From Gnetum montanum (lineage: Eukaryota; Plantae; Gnetophyta): a stretch of DNA of 64,000 nt. Position 1 is the first letter of the stretch, and each line of letters opens with the position of its first letter. Below, piece after piece: positions 1 to 14,250 of the stretch. The notes below the pieces were generated by a model, which saw only the letters and a list, made by a program, of their open reading frames with translations, was not told where the DNA came from and searched no databases. The position numbers were made by a program, and so were the translations under genes. Where the stretch lies: NCBI GenBank assembly GCA_015680685.1, contig MNCI01002798.1:134701-198700 (forward strand), written 5' to 3'.

Positions 1-1086
1 CAGCCTCTTTGTCATGGTCCTGTGAGTTATGCATTTCATTTTTTGTTTTGTTTAAATTGTTTAGCTAGTGGTTTAGATAGTATCATCCTTGGCAAGTAAT
101 TTTGGGATTTTTAGATTGCTCTTACTGTTCTTGTTGCCCGATAGAAATTTCTATTAAAATTTTGCCATAGAAGCGCTTGTGTTTAAAAGCCTTAAGAGCA
201 TTTTAGTAGTAAATTTCATTATTGTGCAACGTGTGGGAACTGCTATTGGGATTGTTGTAAGAGAGCCTCTGTTTGTAGTCACGCCGTTGAACAATTCAGT
301 AGTCGAGAGGGTTCAGAAAATCTTTGGTATTTTGATGGGACCAGAATAGCTTCTTTTTATCTTTAAAGTGAATTCTCGTGGTATTTCAATCAGAAATTGT
401 CAAGTCTTTTAAAGGTTCTGTTTGAATGCAATCGTTGACATCTATTATCTAGTCAAAATGGAGTCTCGTACGTGGTAGTTTACGCAGCAATTTTTGGTAG
501 CATAATAGGATTGTCTTGAAGATATTGCTTGTTTGAGCCTTGGAAGTTTGAACAATTCGTAGATATTGAATTTGGGATAGCTTTATTGCGAAGTGTTTAC
601 TCGTGTCATTTTACCTTGTTGAAATATTTGAGGTCTACACAAATCTGCTTTCTTTTCTTTTCTGCTTATTTCCATCGAATCTTGCTCTTTTTCTAGTTTT
701 CTTCTGGAACTATCTCTTTCTCTGGGGAAAATTAGGAGTAGATTCCGGAGTTGTGCTCAAATGTTTTTGCAAAATTTTATTTGTTACAAGTAGGTATTAT
801 AAGGACTGCGTAGACTAGGCAGTTGAACAAAATAGGAAATTTTCAAGAACTCACAGTACTTGGCAAAGTTGGCTGAATCTCTTTAAAGTAAGTCATTTGT
901 AGTTCACACACAACGCAATTGTCACATTTTACACAACCACACGCCGCAACAGCACACACACATACTCACATTAACTACTGAGTTTATTTGGAGGTATCTG
1001 GGCCTTGGTGTTGTTAGAGACTAGCAGGCACCTAAATCCTATTCGAGGACACTCGTTGGCGGTCGTGTCCCAAACAGTCGCCAACA
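1..1086 (+). mobile_element. 3' part of an LTR of an unrelated, CpG-richer retroelement inserted into the 5' LTR of element A
   Basis: Ends ...CAGTCGCCAACA at 1086. Similarity to A's 3' LTR (cacattaggataataag, ~30018) starts abruptly at 1087 (cacgttaggataataag). Non-coding; the left end is outside the window. Confidence 0.55.
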
Positions 1087-1387
1087 CACGTTAGGATAAT
1101 AAGTTACTAGATTAGTTGATTAGCTAGATAATTAATTGTTAAACCTTTATTTAATCATCTAGACATTAGGGTAAAAATATATTGAAAATAATTATAAAAA
1201 TATACATCATATGCCTTAACCATATGTACTAATAAAACACAAGTGTGAGTTAGAAAAACAATGGCATTGCAACTCCATGATTCACTATTGGGCCACTTTG
1301 ATAACTAAGTCTATAGAATCTGACCAGATCGCTAGTGAATACTTATGATTCATATGGTTGGGTGTAGGGGATACTTACTACTCATCA
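1087..1387 (+). repeat. 5' LTR of element A (3' ~300 bp only)
   Basis: Aligns with ~30018-30331 and ends in ...CTCATCA just before the PBS. Confidence 0.85.
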
Positions 1388-1388
1388 C

Positions 1389-1406
1389 TAACACCATTGC
1401 CGGGAA
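1389..1406 (+). promoter_or_regulatory. Primer-binding site, tRNA-Asp type (degenerate)
   Basis: taacaccattgccgggaa resembles the Athila PBS TGGCGCCGTTGCCGGGGA. Confidence 0.75.
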
Positions 1407-1535
1407 CTTAGTTTAGATAAGTGGGCAAGAAATTATTGACTAGTGAATTCATACAAAAGCATTGTGAAGAGAACATAACAAAATATCTTTCATAATAATA
1501 ATAATATCCTAAGGTGTACTACATCTATTTTTGAA

Positions 1536-4500
1536 ATGGTTTCTGCTCATAGAAAAGAATCTCCACCTCATGATGATAAAGATAATAGACAATAGAAGAG
1601 GATACAAAGGACCACTAGTAAGAAGCCTTAACAATTGAAAGTTTTCTACGTCCATTTGGATTCCTAATATCTAGACTTCAATTTCATTCTTCATTAAGAT
1701 GAATAGCTACAATGGAGAAATATGGAGAGTAGAATTGTGTTACCTTTAGATTGATAAGTTCTTTCCATGCCCATGACTCAACTCATGAGGTTGGATATTG
1801 AAATAGTTGGCCTTGAGTACAAAAGCATGGAGCAAGTCTCTATGGACTACCAACCTACAAAAGATTAGCTTTGGAAAGATAAATGCATGGAAGTCCATTA
1901 TGAAGCCTCGAAAGGTAAGAAAATCCTAACATCATTATTCCTATAGTTGCATAAAGAGGACAATTTATTTTTTGGCCACTCTTAATACATAGGTTCTCCT
2001 CCTTTCTTTGAGAATAACACCTTTCTCGAATGGTTGTAATCAACCTTGGAGAACATTCATGATGGAAAGATAGGGTTCAAAGGCCAAGAAGCCTCAAAGA
2101 TAAGACTCCTAGTTATTCATCTAAGAATAATGAGAATGAAAAGAAGAATGAAATAGATAAAAAGAAGGATTAGGATGAGAGTTGAAGAAGAAGAGCTAGA
2201 AGGCACAATTCTCATATTCCTTCATCTTCATCCTCCTCATCATCAAAATATGATAGGGAGAGCTATGACAAAGACAAAGACACAGGTACTCAGGATTATG
2301 ATGGAGATGATTGGAGGTTTTCTTCATGATGATAGGGCCCAAAATGGAAGTTAACAAAGAGAGGAGCAAGAACATCGCTGAGAAACGAGGCATAGTAGAA
2401 ATCCCCATAGGAGGCATGGTCATCATAGGGATGACCATGGATATAATGATAATGATGAACCATTATTGGCCACTAGATACATGCTAAAATTTTCAAAAGT
2501 AGTTTAAGTTCCTACTAGGCATCATAAGGATAGCAAGATTAAACGGATAGATATCAACAATATCCCCAAGTTTGAGGGGGATATAATGTAGATACATAGC
2601 ATCATATACAAGATTTCCATGATGCCTGTGCTTTACAAAACATTTAAAATGACTAGCCAAAGTTGACATTATTCCCAATGAAACTTATATAAGAAATAAA
2701 AAGTTGGTATCGATCCATGGAATCGGAATCCATTTGCCGATGGAGTACAATGTTAGAACTATTTAATGAAAAATACCAAATGTGATCCCAAGTGTTCAAC
2801 CTAAGGAAGGAAATTTAAGGATGGAAACAAAAGAATCATGAGTCCTTGGATGTAGCCTTGGGTAGGTACTACTCTTTAATGCACTAATGCCCAGGCCACA
2901 AATTCTCTTAAAGGAAACGACTTTTCCATATTATATATGGGCTCCATAATAAGACAAGATAAACTCTTGGGATCTATGCCCAAGAGAGACTTTTTGAGAT
3001 GAGAGTCCATTAAATCTAAATGCTAATAGAAAAAGTGGCCAAAGAATAAGGGGAGTTAAAGAAATGCAAGAATGTAGAGGAATACAACAAAGATTCCTCC
3101 ATTTACAAGAGGGAGATATGTTTTTATGATATAGAGGAGGAAACATCATAGATGAAGTGGTGCAAAGGAAGACCTTGTTGATACAAAAATGTTTCTTTAA
3201 AATATTAGCTAAGGTGGATAAAATGTAAGACTCATTAGTTGAGAAGTTTCAAACTACTTTGGAAATAGTAGAGGAAAAGGTAGAAAAGGGAAGCAGTAAA
3301 AGAGATAAGAGGAGAAAAAGAGATACAAATAAGAGGTATCAACAGTAGAAAGATAAGGTTGCAATGATCAATAAGGTTGCAGATTCTAGATTTGATGATG
3401 ATGGATGTGATATTTGTTAATACAAACATCCCAAGGGATGTTGTCTTATGATGTTACATGTATAAGAATTTGGGGTGTATGCCTTGAATCCAAAATTTGC
3501 AAAAGGCAACCACCAAGGAGGTTGCCTTATCCTCAAGGTAATCCAAGGTAATAGTTCCATCAAACATAATATTATCCAAGTAGAGTGTCATCTTAACCTT
3601 AAGATTAATATCAAAAATAGCAAAACCCATAGTAATGGATAGTATTATGTCCACTTGGACATTATGTCTTGTAGTATGTATCTCCTCATGGTTATGCAAG
3701 TCATAATCCTTCAATTATCACTACTACCCTTTAGAATATCATTGAACTCATACTCAATGACCTAATCCTCCCTCTACTTATCCTCCTCCCTATTCATCAC
3801 CAAACTCTACATAATTAAATACCACTCCTCTACCACGTACGTTACCTATGTATGGGAAATTCCACTATAGATAAAGTAAAGAAATGTAATGATGATTGTT
3901 AACGTGTTGCCAGATAACCATTTGAGTGGCTCTAAATCTAAATCTTAAAAGAGGGCTTTTTTCAGGACCAATAGTCCACCAAAATCCTCAAAGACACTTG
4001 AAGCTGCTAACGCTATATCCACCACTTCTAAAATCACCCTTGAGTCTTCTTTAAACCAAATGTCCTTTAATGTGCATACCATCATGTTGACCCATGTGAT
4101 TATTGATTAAATCAAGGCTAGCCACCTTCCTAGGAAATGATATAATCCTAGGAGTTCCCTTATCTATTTTTAGATCACTAGGAATGATACATGTAAGGCT
4201 CTATTAGGCTCAGGTTCTAGAGTAAATTTAACCTCACATGAATGTATAAGACTTAGAACCTAGCTCCATTAAAGAAGTGCAACATCAGACTAGAGCTTGC
4301 TGATCAGTCCATCACTATTTCCTTAAGATTAGTGAAGGACATTGTGACCACCATTTATTGGTGGTCTTATACTATAAACTTCCTAGTGATCCATGTGTAT
4401 AATTGCAAGGGGAACTTCCTTATTATCATGAAAAGAAATTGGCTCAACACAATTAATGCCAAGATGGGGTTCAAGACCTTTCCTTGAAAATCTCTAAGGT

Positions 4501-7500
4501 AAATGAATTTGATAAAATAGAGAAGAAGCAAGTTCCATGCATTGCATATAGTAACATAGGGTGTCATTGCATACAAAAGATATAGGCTATACAAAGTATA
4601 TCCATTAAAGCATGCCATAAATGTGTTGAGGTGTCTATTGTTCAAAAGTGCCTATATATAGTAACCACAAAATAGAAAGGTGCCTAGTGGATAATAGCAA
4701 ATAGTGGGACAAACTTCAAAATATGCATGAAACCGATAGAAAGTCTCAAAAGTGATTACATTAAATACATGGATGAAATAGAGCAAATCCACAACCAACT
4801 CTCACATGCATGGATTGAGATAGATTGAGGACAGTTGGATAGTTCAAATTAGTTCAAGTAGGAGCCCCTTAAACTAAAAACCTTACTAGGTAATCTAGAA
4901 TATTCTTATCTTAAGAATAGGATGCCAATGAACATAAATTCCCATCTTGCTTAAGCACAAAAGAAGTTGGTGAAAATGGTTGAAAAATGGCCAATACCCT
5001 TTGGCTAGTTATATCATAAACTAATAAGAATAGATCCAAGAATATGCTAGCATCAAATCTACATAGACTCCTCTATCAAACCAAGAAGAAAACCATAGAG
5101 GAGGTTGAATCATAAGCTTAAGCAAGTTGTAAAAGATGAAATTAAACAACTACTTAAGGTGGGAATCATTTATCATATTGCAAATAGTGGGTGAGTTAGC
5201 TCACTAATCATTGTACCAAATAAAGGTGGTAAATGGATGGTATGTATAGACTATAGGCTATTGAATATGACAACTTTTAAGAATCATTTCCCATGACCAT
5301 TTCTAGACCAATTATTGAATACTATTGTAGGACATGGATACGACAATTTTTTGGATGGTTATAGTGGCTATAACCAAATATAGATAGCACTAGAGGACTA
5401 GGTAAAAACTACCTTCCCAAGTTCTTAGGGAACTTTTGCATACAAAAAGATGCCCTTTGGCTTATATAATGCTCCTGCTACTTTCCAATGCGTCGTGCTT
5501 AGGATTTTCTAGTAGCAAATTGGTAGTGGTATGAAGGTATTCATGAATGAATTCTCTACATATTGTACCACCTTTTAGTAGGCCTTAGATCATCTTGAGC
5601 AAGTGTTGAAATGTTGCATGAAGATAAATTTAAAACTTAATTGGTAGAAAAGCCATTTGATGATCCAAGAAGGTATAGTCTTAGGATAATAGATCTTAGA
5701 AAAAGGGATTAAGATGGACTTGGAGAAAGCACGAGTCATTCAAAGTATTACTAAAGAACCTAAAATAGTTAAAGATGTGAGTTCATTCCTTGGACACATT
5801 GGTTACTAATCAGTGATTCATTGAGAACTTCACCAAAATCACTAAGCCACTCATGGAACTAACTAAGAAGGAGGCACCCTTTGAGTCAACTAAGGAATGT
5901 GAGCATGCATTCTAGAAATTTAGACAAAAGCTTGTAGAAAATATTATTTTGCATGCTCCAAATTGTTCCAAACCTTTTCACATCATGACGAATGGATGCA
6001 ATTATGCATTGGGAGTAGTGCTCACATAATTGGATGATCAAAAATGTCCATACTATATTCATTGTATGAGAAGAAATATTGCTGGTACATAATTAAATTA
6101 TACTACCACTGAGAAGAAGCTTATGGCGATAGTATAATCCTTGAAAAAATTTAGGCACTTTGTGCTTAGAAGTAAAATTTTTATACACACAGATCACAAT
6201 GCTATCTGCTTCATGATGAACAAGTTAGTGGTGAGTCCTTGTGTCATACGGCAACTTGTGATTTTGTAACAGTTCAATTTTATGATGGTGGATAGGAAGG
6301 AAACTAAGAATGTGGTTGTCGATCACTTATCTTAGTTGTAATGGGATGGCAAAGAGGATGATGAGTCTATATCTGATCAACTCCCAAATGAAATTCTCTT
6401 TGCTAAATCCCTTGATATTCAGACTTCTAGGGGCACCAGATAGTATGATGATTTCCTCTCCTATCTTCTCACTTAGGAGACATCACAAGAATGGGATAAC
6501 AAGATGAAACAATAGTTTCTTTACCAAGCCAAACATTACATGAAAATTCAAGGTAACCTTTACAACGTTTATCTTGATGGCTTGGTGCAGTGATGCATAT
6601 CTGATGCTGATTAATTATGAATCATCTAGGATGCTCATGAAGGTCCTTGTAGGGACCATTATGTACGAAAGAGGACAATCATATAGATGCTCATGGTAGG
6701 GTATTTCTAGCCAAAAATCTTTAGGGACATCCACTATTTTACCATTCATGTGAATGGTTCTAGAGAGACAAAGGAATGATAACTTGAATGGAAGGGCCTC
6801 AATAATGGATCCAACCACTAGTGTCCTTTGACCTTTGGGGCGTTGACTTCATGGAAGCCATGACTTCCATGTCCAATGAGAAGGCATACATTGTAGCTAT
6901 TAATTATTGCACTAAGTGAACTAAAATTATAACCATCATTGATTGTTCATGTGCCACTATAGCATGATTTGTCCAACAAAATATGATAAATAGGTTTGGT
7001 ATGTTAAGAGCAATTATTTTCAATAATGGGACTCATTTTACATAGGCCACTTTTTAAAAACTAATGCAATTCCTTGGGATGTAGCATAAACTCATAACTT
7101 TTTATCACTCCCAAGGTAATGGTTAAGATGAAGTTACTAATATAGAGAGAACTTGAATAGTAACATGTATAATTAGTAAAGATAAAAAGGATTGGAACAT
7201 GAAACTTAATGATGTTCTATGGGCTTATCAATCCATATGGAAACTTCCTATAGGGTACTCTCCTTATGATTTGATGTATGAAAAATTACCTAAACTTCCA
7301 ATCCAAGTTGAGCTTTGTACACTTTCAACTACTTTAGAGCTTGACCTTAGTCTTAATTTAGCACACCAAGAACACCTCATGACATTGAATGTGCGAGATG
7401 AAAGCTGATAAGTAGCTATAACCACGAATGAAGTGTACAAGGCACATGCCAAACAATATCATGATGCATGGATAAGAAGAGTTAAGTTTCCACTTGGTGA

Positions 7501-7720
7501 TAAGGTCTTTTATTGGAGTCCCATGCATGCATCTCAATGTACTAAGTTGTAAACATTATGAGAAGGGCCTTATATCATTTATACAAATTTTCCTTTTAGT
7601 GCCATGATCATTTACCATTCTTCATACCTAGAAACATGGCTGCTAGTCAACATACAATAAGTGAAACATTTCCTTGAACCAAGAGTAACTAGTAGCACTA
7701 ATACCTCAACGTCCATCTAA
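1536..7720 (+). pseudogene. gag-pol: gag-pol pseudogene of element A (many stops and frameshifts)
   Basis: Gag core ~2455-2900 (IPKFEG..FHDACALQ..LFP); protease ~4190 (KALL[D]SGS.VNL); RT ~5000-5750 (DYRLLN, LDGYSGYNQI, MPFGL.NAPATF, FMNEF); RNase H ~5950-6300; integrase ~6600-7450 (WGVDFM, NGTHF, LNDVLWAY); GPY motif ~7565. Confidence 0.92.
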
Positions 7721-10700
7721 GCATACTCTATTTTTTGAATCTCTCCCTCTCAACATAGTCATGGAGAGATGGTCATCTGTGTTAACACCTTGTGAGAACT
7801 AATCCATTTTTTACCTTTTTTTATATCATTCTTCATATGTTTTTATTTTTTGATTAGTTTATCAATTATTTTTTTATAGTTTTTTATTTTTTATCTTATT
7901 TTTCCATATTTATATTATTTTATAGGAATATTTGACTTGGCCAATATTGTTATTAATACTAGAAGTTAAAGAATGTAGCTATTAATGTTATGGTTGATTT
8001 GCTAAATGGCCAAATTTTTATCTTTGGATTATGGCCTCTATTAGGAAGTTGTTAATTTTCTCATGGTAGCATGAATTGTGACTATGACATTCATTCATTT
8101 TATCTATTCTATAGAGGCTCTGCATTTTGGGAGCATGAGATGCTTCCAAAATATAAGTAAAAGTAACCAATGATCATGCTACCCAACAAACTCCAAATGG
8201 ACCAAGAAGGAATGGAAAAGGATGTGACCTCAAGGGGACTTATCATTTTCTCATTGTAGATTCTTTCTTGCATTTTATGATTCTTTTCCATTGGTATATC
8301 ATCACTCCTTTTGCTGATCATTAAAGAAAGCATGTCTTTGTATGTTGTGGTTCTTCTAAAAAAAATAACAAAGAACACGAGAATTTAAAGCACATCCCAT
8401 AGAAAAAATAAAAGGCTACAAGTAATAGTTATGGGACTAGAAAAAATATTACCTATGCTTGGAGACACTCCTATAATTAAGGTTCTTTCTATCTTCCTTC
8501 TTCTCTTAGAGTGGAAGTTGTTTTCCGCAATTTTCAGGAACTCTTGAAGATCAAAGAAGTAGGATTTGATAATGTAAAATCACTAAAAGTAAAATGGACT
8601 TGGTCTTGATTGAGGATGGAATGGTATAGGATCATATTAATGACACACTTTACAAGGACTTCATGTGAACATGACCTAGATATAGATCTCTTATCATTCT
8701 CTTTCTACCATAATTCTTAATCCACAACATATCAACCCATTGCCTCATATCATGGTTACTTGATGCATTTTTTTGAGGATCCTATAATCCTATGAAATTT
8801 ACTTCATTAGATATAAGTTTTAACTTGAAATGACCATAAATCATACTTAGTGCCTATGGACTCCTTTGGAATGAGGACATGCAAGGGCTTTAAGGCCATA
8901 CACCTGCTCTAGGAAGGACCCACTTACATTCTCTTTAGTCTTCCTTAAGATAAAATTCCTATCCATAAGCCATTTGCACGATTAGTCCCATAAAATTGCA
9001 TTCAAATATCTATATTTTCTTAATTTGGACATTTTACATTCATCCAAATGTATTCAAATCCTTTTTGAAGCCTACACCATCCTATTCTATGTTGCCATCA
9101 TTTTTGAATTCCATTGGGCTATTTTTTCATCCTAGAACTCATAAAAAATTCCTATTTTTCTTATGTGAAAAATTTCTATGAACAATTGCATTGACACATC
9201 TTCATCAATGTAGTGGGATGAGCTGATGTAACCTAGTCAACATGTTACAAAAATAGTATAAATATGCATAATACTTAGCCATTTATGCATCATTTTTGAA
9301 AGAAGAAAGAGAAGTTTTTGTCATTTTTCAAAGCCCATAAATCTTCTGAGTGCCCTAACTTTCAAAACACTTACTCGATTTCATCTATTTTTCTATCCTC
9401 ATGCTACTAGAGGTAAGCTCAATGTTGTGGGGTTAACAAACCTTTGATTTCTTGCAGAAAAGTTTTCAAACATTTTTTGACTACCCATGTTAACCTATGA
9501 AAATAATATTAAGATTAACTACCATGAAGGGTTAAGACCATCCCAAAAACTCTTATAGCTAACAAATAAAATAATATTAAAATAACTCAACTTACCAAGA
9601 TCACAAACTAGCCATTAAAATGAACAACTCTTAACACCCAAGATACAACATAACTCAATCTAATAGGAAAGATATCACAATAAATAATGGTTATAAAGTA
9701 AAAGCTAATCATGGGGTATGTTTGTGATCATAATTGACACTAAATAAAGGACCATAGGCAAGAGGGACTTGGTAGCCCAGGGAGGAGCAACTGAGAGGAG
9801 GAAGGAACTAGCAGCAGTAGCGAAAACAACCCCAAAAACAAGCATGAAAAGTAAGTTATTCCACTAGACCCCTTCAAGAGGAGCCTAAAGTAGAATTTGT
9901 TCACTATATTTCCACTATTGAAATAAGCTAATCTAGGGAAGATGAGGTTCTTAGGGCAAGGCCTAGACTAGAGGTTACTTTGATGAAGGCCTACTTGAAA
10001 ATGATAAGGATTAAGGAGGTCTAAAGTTCCATGATTCAAGAGTTGAACTTTAGATCCTTCTTGGAGTTGGCCCTAAAAGAAGTTTGTACACAACTTTAGG
10101 GGTATTCCATGTGGTCCATTATTTCCAATAGTATAAAATGATACATAGGGAAGACTTACCTTTCAAAAAAATTGACAAGGAGATGTGTTGATTAAAATTA
10201 GGGACATCATCACCTTCTACTTGGTTGATGCCATTGTAGAGGTCATTAGGGGTAAAACTAGTAAAGATCTAAATCTAGGTGGATTCAAAAGTAAAGAAAG
10301 AATGAGTTTAGTGGTTCTATGGAGTAGATCGTAAGGAGTACAGTGCTCTCACCAAGGTGGAGAGAGCATACTTTAAAATTGCAACTTATCACCTTAACCC
10401 AATGGTGAGGCCTAGCAAAGTGACTGCTTTCTCTACATGAGCATGCATTGCTTTGAGCAGAAAATTTCTAGTCAATGTTTCCAACTTATTTTCCTAGAAA
10501 TAGAAAAATGTTTCAAGGAAAATGACAAGGGATGAAGACCGTCCTCTTTCAATGCCTGATCCAAAAAATTTGCAAAAGGGGAGGCATAGCTCACTACATT
10601 AATGATATGGTATACCAACCTCTTGCTACATCATGGTAGGAAATGATGAAGGATAAGCCAATAGCTAAGTTGCAAGAAGAGGAGTAGCCACCACCATCAC

Positions 10701-11997
10701 CTACAACTTTAGAGACTACAGCAAAGGCACTTGTAGCTACCAAATAGCTAAGAAAAATTTAGGAGCTAAAGTTGTAGCTATAGTAACAATAGAGCTATAT
10801 AGGTGGTGGAGAACCATTTGTCTATCATTCAGCCATGAGCCACTTGAATGAGGTTGCAAGGTTCATCAACTAGCTAGATAGTGAGACTATCCCACTATTC
10901 TTAGCTCAAAGGAGCCATGAGTCCACAAGGCCTAATCTAAGTGCCCAAGAGGTCACAATATGCATCCCTAGATAAACATTTCTTGAAATCTTAAAAAATG
11001 CCACAACCTTCTTAATAGTGTCGGAGGAAGATGAGGGTGAAACTATCTTTGTCATACAATAAAAAGGCCAGGAGATCACGGTGGAGGTGATGCTTGATAA
11101 GATTGTTGAAGCTCTAAATGCTTTTGTGGCAGCAGTACTTGATATTACCACAATGATAGCCATCCATGCATCCATAGGAGTAGGGAGTCATCAAATGAGT
11201 GCTATCCAACATAAGGAAGTATTGGAAAGATTAGTTAGAACTAGAAAACTACTTCTAAAGATCTTTGATCTTCTAGATGAGATCACTATAAACTAGTCAT
11301 AGTTGCTCGAGATAAGAGGCAAATTAATTATCATCAACACATGACTAGAGAAGGCCACCACATCCAATTGGTAGTTTATTGTGGAAGTTGTTGAGCTACA
11401 TGCCTATCTTTCTAACCCTACAATTCTCAAGCTTGAGCTTATCAAACATAAATCTTTCCAATAGATTCTACAAAGACTTAAGGAGGCTTAGAATGAAAAA
11501 GAGACCACGATCTTCAATGCATCCTTGTCAAAATCTATGGCTTTTAGCACTGACAAAGAATTATTGCAAGTTTTGAAGGAGAACTTGCTCTTCAGAAAGA
11601 AAAATTTTCATCTACATAACATTGAGCAAGAAAAGGATCAAATGGTCAAATTAATACACTAGTAGTAGGATTAGCTCACCAAAATGAATCTAAAGATAAG
11701 GAGATTAGCAGCAAATAATCATAATCTCTCAATGGAGAAAGTTCATTCCCTTTGCCAAAAGGCTACAATTGAGGTAGCCACTTGGAAAACTGAAGCACTA
11801 AAATTTAAGCATGTAAAAAATCATTACAAGAACTAGGTTAGGATCATCACAAAATTTAATAGGAAGGAGATTCAATTGGGAAAGGAAAAAAATAAATGAG
11901 ACCCTCTAACAACTCGAACAAAGAGATGATGTATAATAGTCCAGTTTTATGGATTGAATGTATTCAACAAGGCATGAATCCATCTGAAAGAGTTGCA

Positions 11998-12985
11998 TGT
12001 TGACTTGTTGGTATGTCAAAACCTTAGAAACAATGGAGAATGTAGAAATGTGCTTATAGTCTTGTAGGACCAAGAAATAACATGTTAAGATAAGATTTCA
12101 AAAAGAGAGCTAAACTAAAATGAGAGCTACATTGAGATGTCAAAATGAGAGTTGGGATGATGAGATGAGAACTAGGATGCATATAGACTCTACGAGCCAA
12201 ATGAAGATATTTTGGGGACTACCAAGATGTTGAAATGCTAGAGCCATGATCCAAAATTCAAAGTGGGATTGTAGAGTAAATGTATCCAATTGACAATGGA
12301 CATCTACCTCCTAAGATAAACGTCTACATTTCTAGGTAGGCGTCTCTTATAACTTGAGGTTTATTAAAGATAGACAAATCAACTTCAAATATGATGTCTA
12401 AGCTATCCATTTCATATTTTTTGCACAAATTCCAAGGATTTTTTTGAAACTCAAAGGGTATAAGACAAAGTGAAATTCTTAGAAAATGAGCAACTATTGT
12501 TCATTGAAAAATCTATCCTTCGCTACTCAAAGAGAATTGGATTTTGTTCTTCATTTGAATGTATTTTTTGTAGAGAGCTTCATTACAAGGAATTTGTAAA
12601 TCAAGTTACATTCGTTAATATTTTTCTTTCTTTCTTTGTAGCCCTATAGGGTTGATGTGCTTCTTGCAAGAAAGCACCTTCGTTGAGCTTGTTAGAACCT
12701 TGAAGGGTTGAATGGTTTTGTAGCAACAAAACACTCCAGTGTAAAGCTCATGTTAGTATTTGTCTTGCAAGAAAACACTTTGAGTGGAGCTAAAATCTTG
12801 TAAAGGTTTCCTTGAAACCACATTTTTCTAAGGAACAAAGTCTAGAGGTGTGCAAGGATACCACCATTTAAGTGTAGAGGTGCCTAAGTTGGGAAACTAG
12901 GTAAAAATTATGTGTGATTTTTTGTTGTCTTGGTCATTTTAATTGAGAAACTTATTCAACTCCCATTTTAAGTTCTCTATCCTCA
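11998..12985 (+). repeat. 5' LTR of the copia element
   Basis: TG...CA ends; colinear with 27594-28625. Confidence 0.92.
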
Positions 12986-12987
12986 AG

Positions 12988-12999
12988 TGGTATCAGAGC
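12988..12999 (+). promoter_or_regulatory. Primer-binding site, tRNA-iMet
   Basis: TGGTATCAGAGC, 2 nt after the LTR end. Confidence 0.95.
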
Positions 13000-13041
13000 T
13001 TTGTACTCTCAAGTTTGTGCTTCACCTCTTAAGAGTGAACA

Positions 13042-14250
13042 ATGGAAGGGACATCCTACACCAAGCCGCTAATTTTCAATGTAATTGACTTCATGTATTG
13101 GAAAGTAAGAATGCAAGGATTCTTCCAATCCATGGAATTCAAAGTTTGGGAGTCTATTCTGAAAGGTTATGCACCATCCATTGACAACAACAAATCAACT
13201 AGTAAGCTAAGAAGCAAATGGATGCAAGATGAAAGAGATAAGTTCATGTTTGATTCTAAGGCAAAGAATTATCTTTGTTGTGCTTTGAGAAAATCTAAAT
13301 TTAATAAAGTAGTTGGATGTAAGATTGCTAAAGAAATTTGGAAAACATTAGAAGCAACCTATGAAGGTACATTAGTTGTAAAATAATTAAAACTTCTAGT
13401 GTTGCAAAGTGAATATGAAAAATTGAAAATGAGGGAAGCAGAAAAGGTTAAGGAATACTTCTCTAGGAAAAACTATCTTATTGTAGAAATTAGAGGTACC
13501 GGTAAGGTTCTATCCAAAAGTGTGTTATCATAAAGATGATAAGAACCTTGCAATTCAAATTTAGAACTAAGGTAACAATCATGAAGGAAATTAGAGACTT
13601 TTTAGTGTTGAAATTTGAAGAGCTTCAAAGTGCACTTATTGCATATGATATGAATCTCATTAGTGAAGATGCAATTAAAGAAAAGCCTGTCACCCTCAAA
13701 TATTCATCAAAGGATTAGGAGACACTTGATCAAGAAGCTAATAGTGACGATGAATTAGCCCTCCTATCAAGGAGAGTTCAAGGAATACTAGCTAGAAAAG
13801 GCATAAGCTTTAATCAACTAAGCTCAAATCAGTCTAGCACCAAAGATAAAGAATCTATAAAATGTTGGGTTTATGGTGGAAGAGGCCTTGTGGTCTCCAG
13901 ATGTTCTAGTGTTGGCAAGTTTTAAAATAGAGATTAATCCAAAGCTGAGTCCAAAAAGAACAACTTCTACACTAATTGGGATGATGATCAAAGTGAAGAA
14001 GAGGTAGATGATGCTACAAAGGACTCACATCTCATATGCATGGCCCTCACAAATGGATATTCTATAAAATTGATTGATGAATGTAAAGGTAAAATTGATG
14101 AAAGGTATAATAAATTATGGGAAGAAATTATTACTCTATATTATCTACTTAAAGAGAAAAATAAAAATTTACATAGAAAAATATTTGAACTTTATACTTT
14201 ATGCTCTACTTTGAAAAATAAACTCCTAGATGTAAAAGCTAAGGTTTGAT
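13042..14250 (+). pseudogene. gag: Copia gag pseudogene (DUF4219/UBN2-type N-terminus, degenerate zinc knuckle, coiled coil)
   Basis: MEGTSYTKPLIFN..F.YWKVRM..F...VW..ILKG; AKEIWKTLEATYEGT; knuckle remnant KCWVYGGRGLVVSRC at ~13860. Confidence 0.88.

Noticed and set aside
603-818. Hydrophobic 71-aa ORF as a membrane protein
   Set aside because: GTG start in T-rich, LTR-like sequence; the composition explains the hydrophobicity.
7560-7720. Chromodomain at the integrase C-terminus
   Set aside because: Pol ends shortly after the GPY/F motif with no chromodomain signature, consistent with a non-chromovirus.
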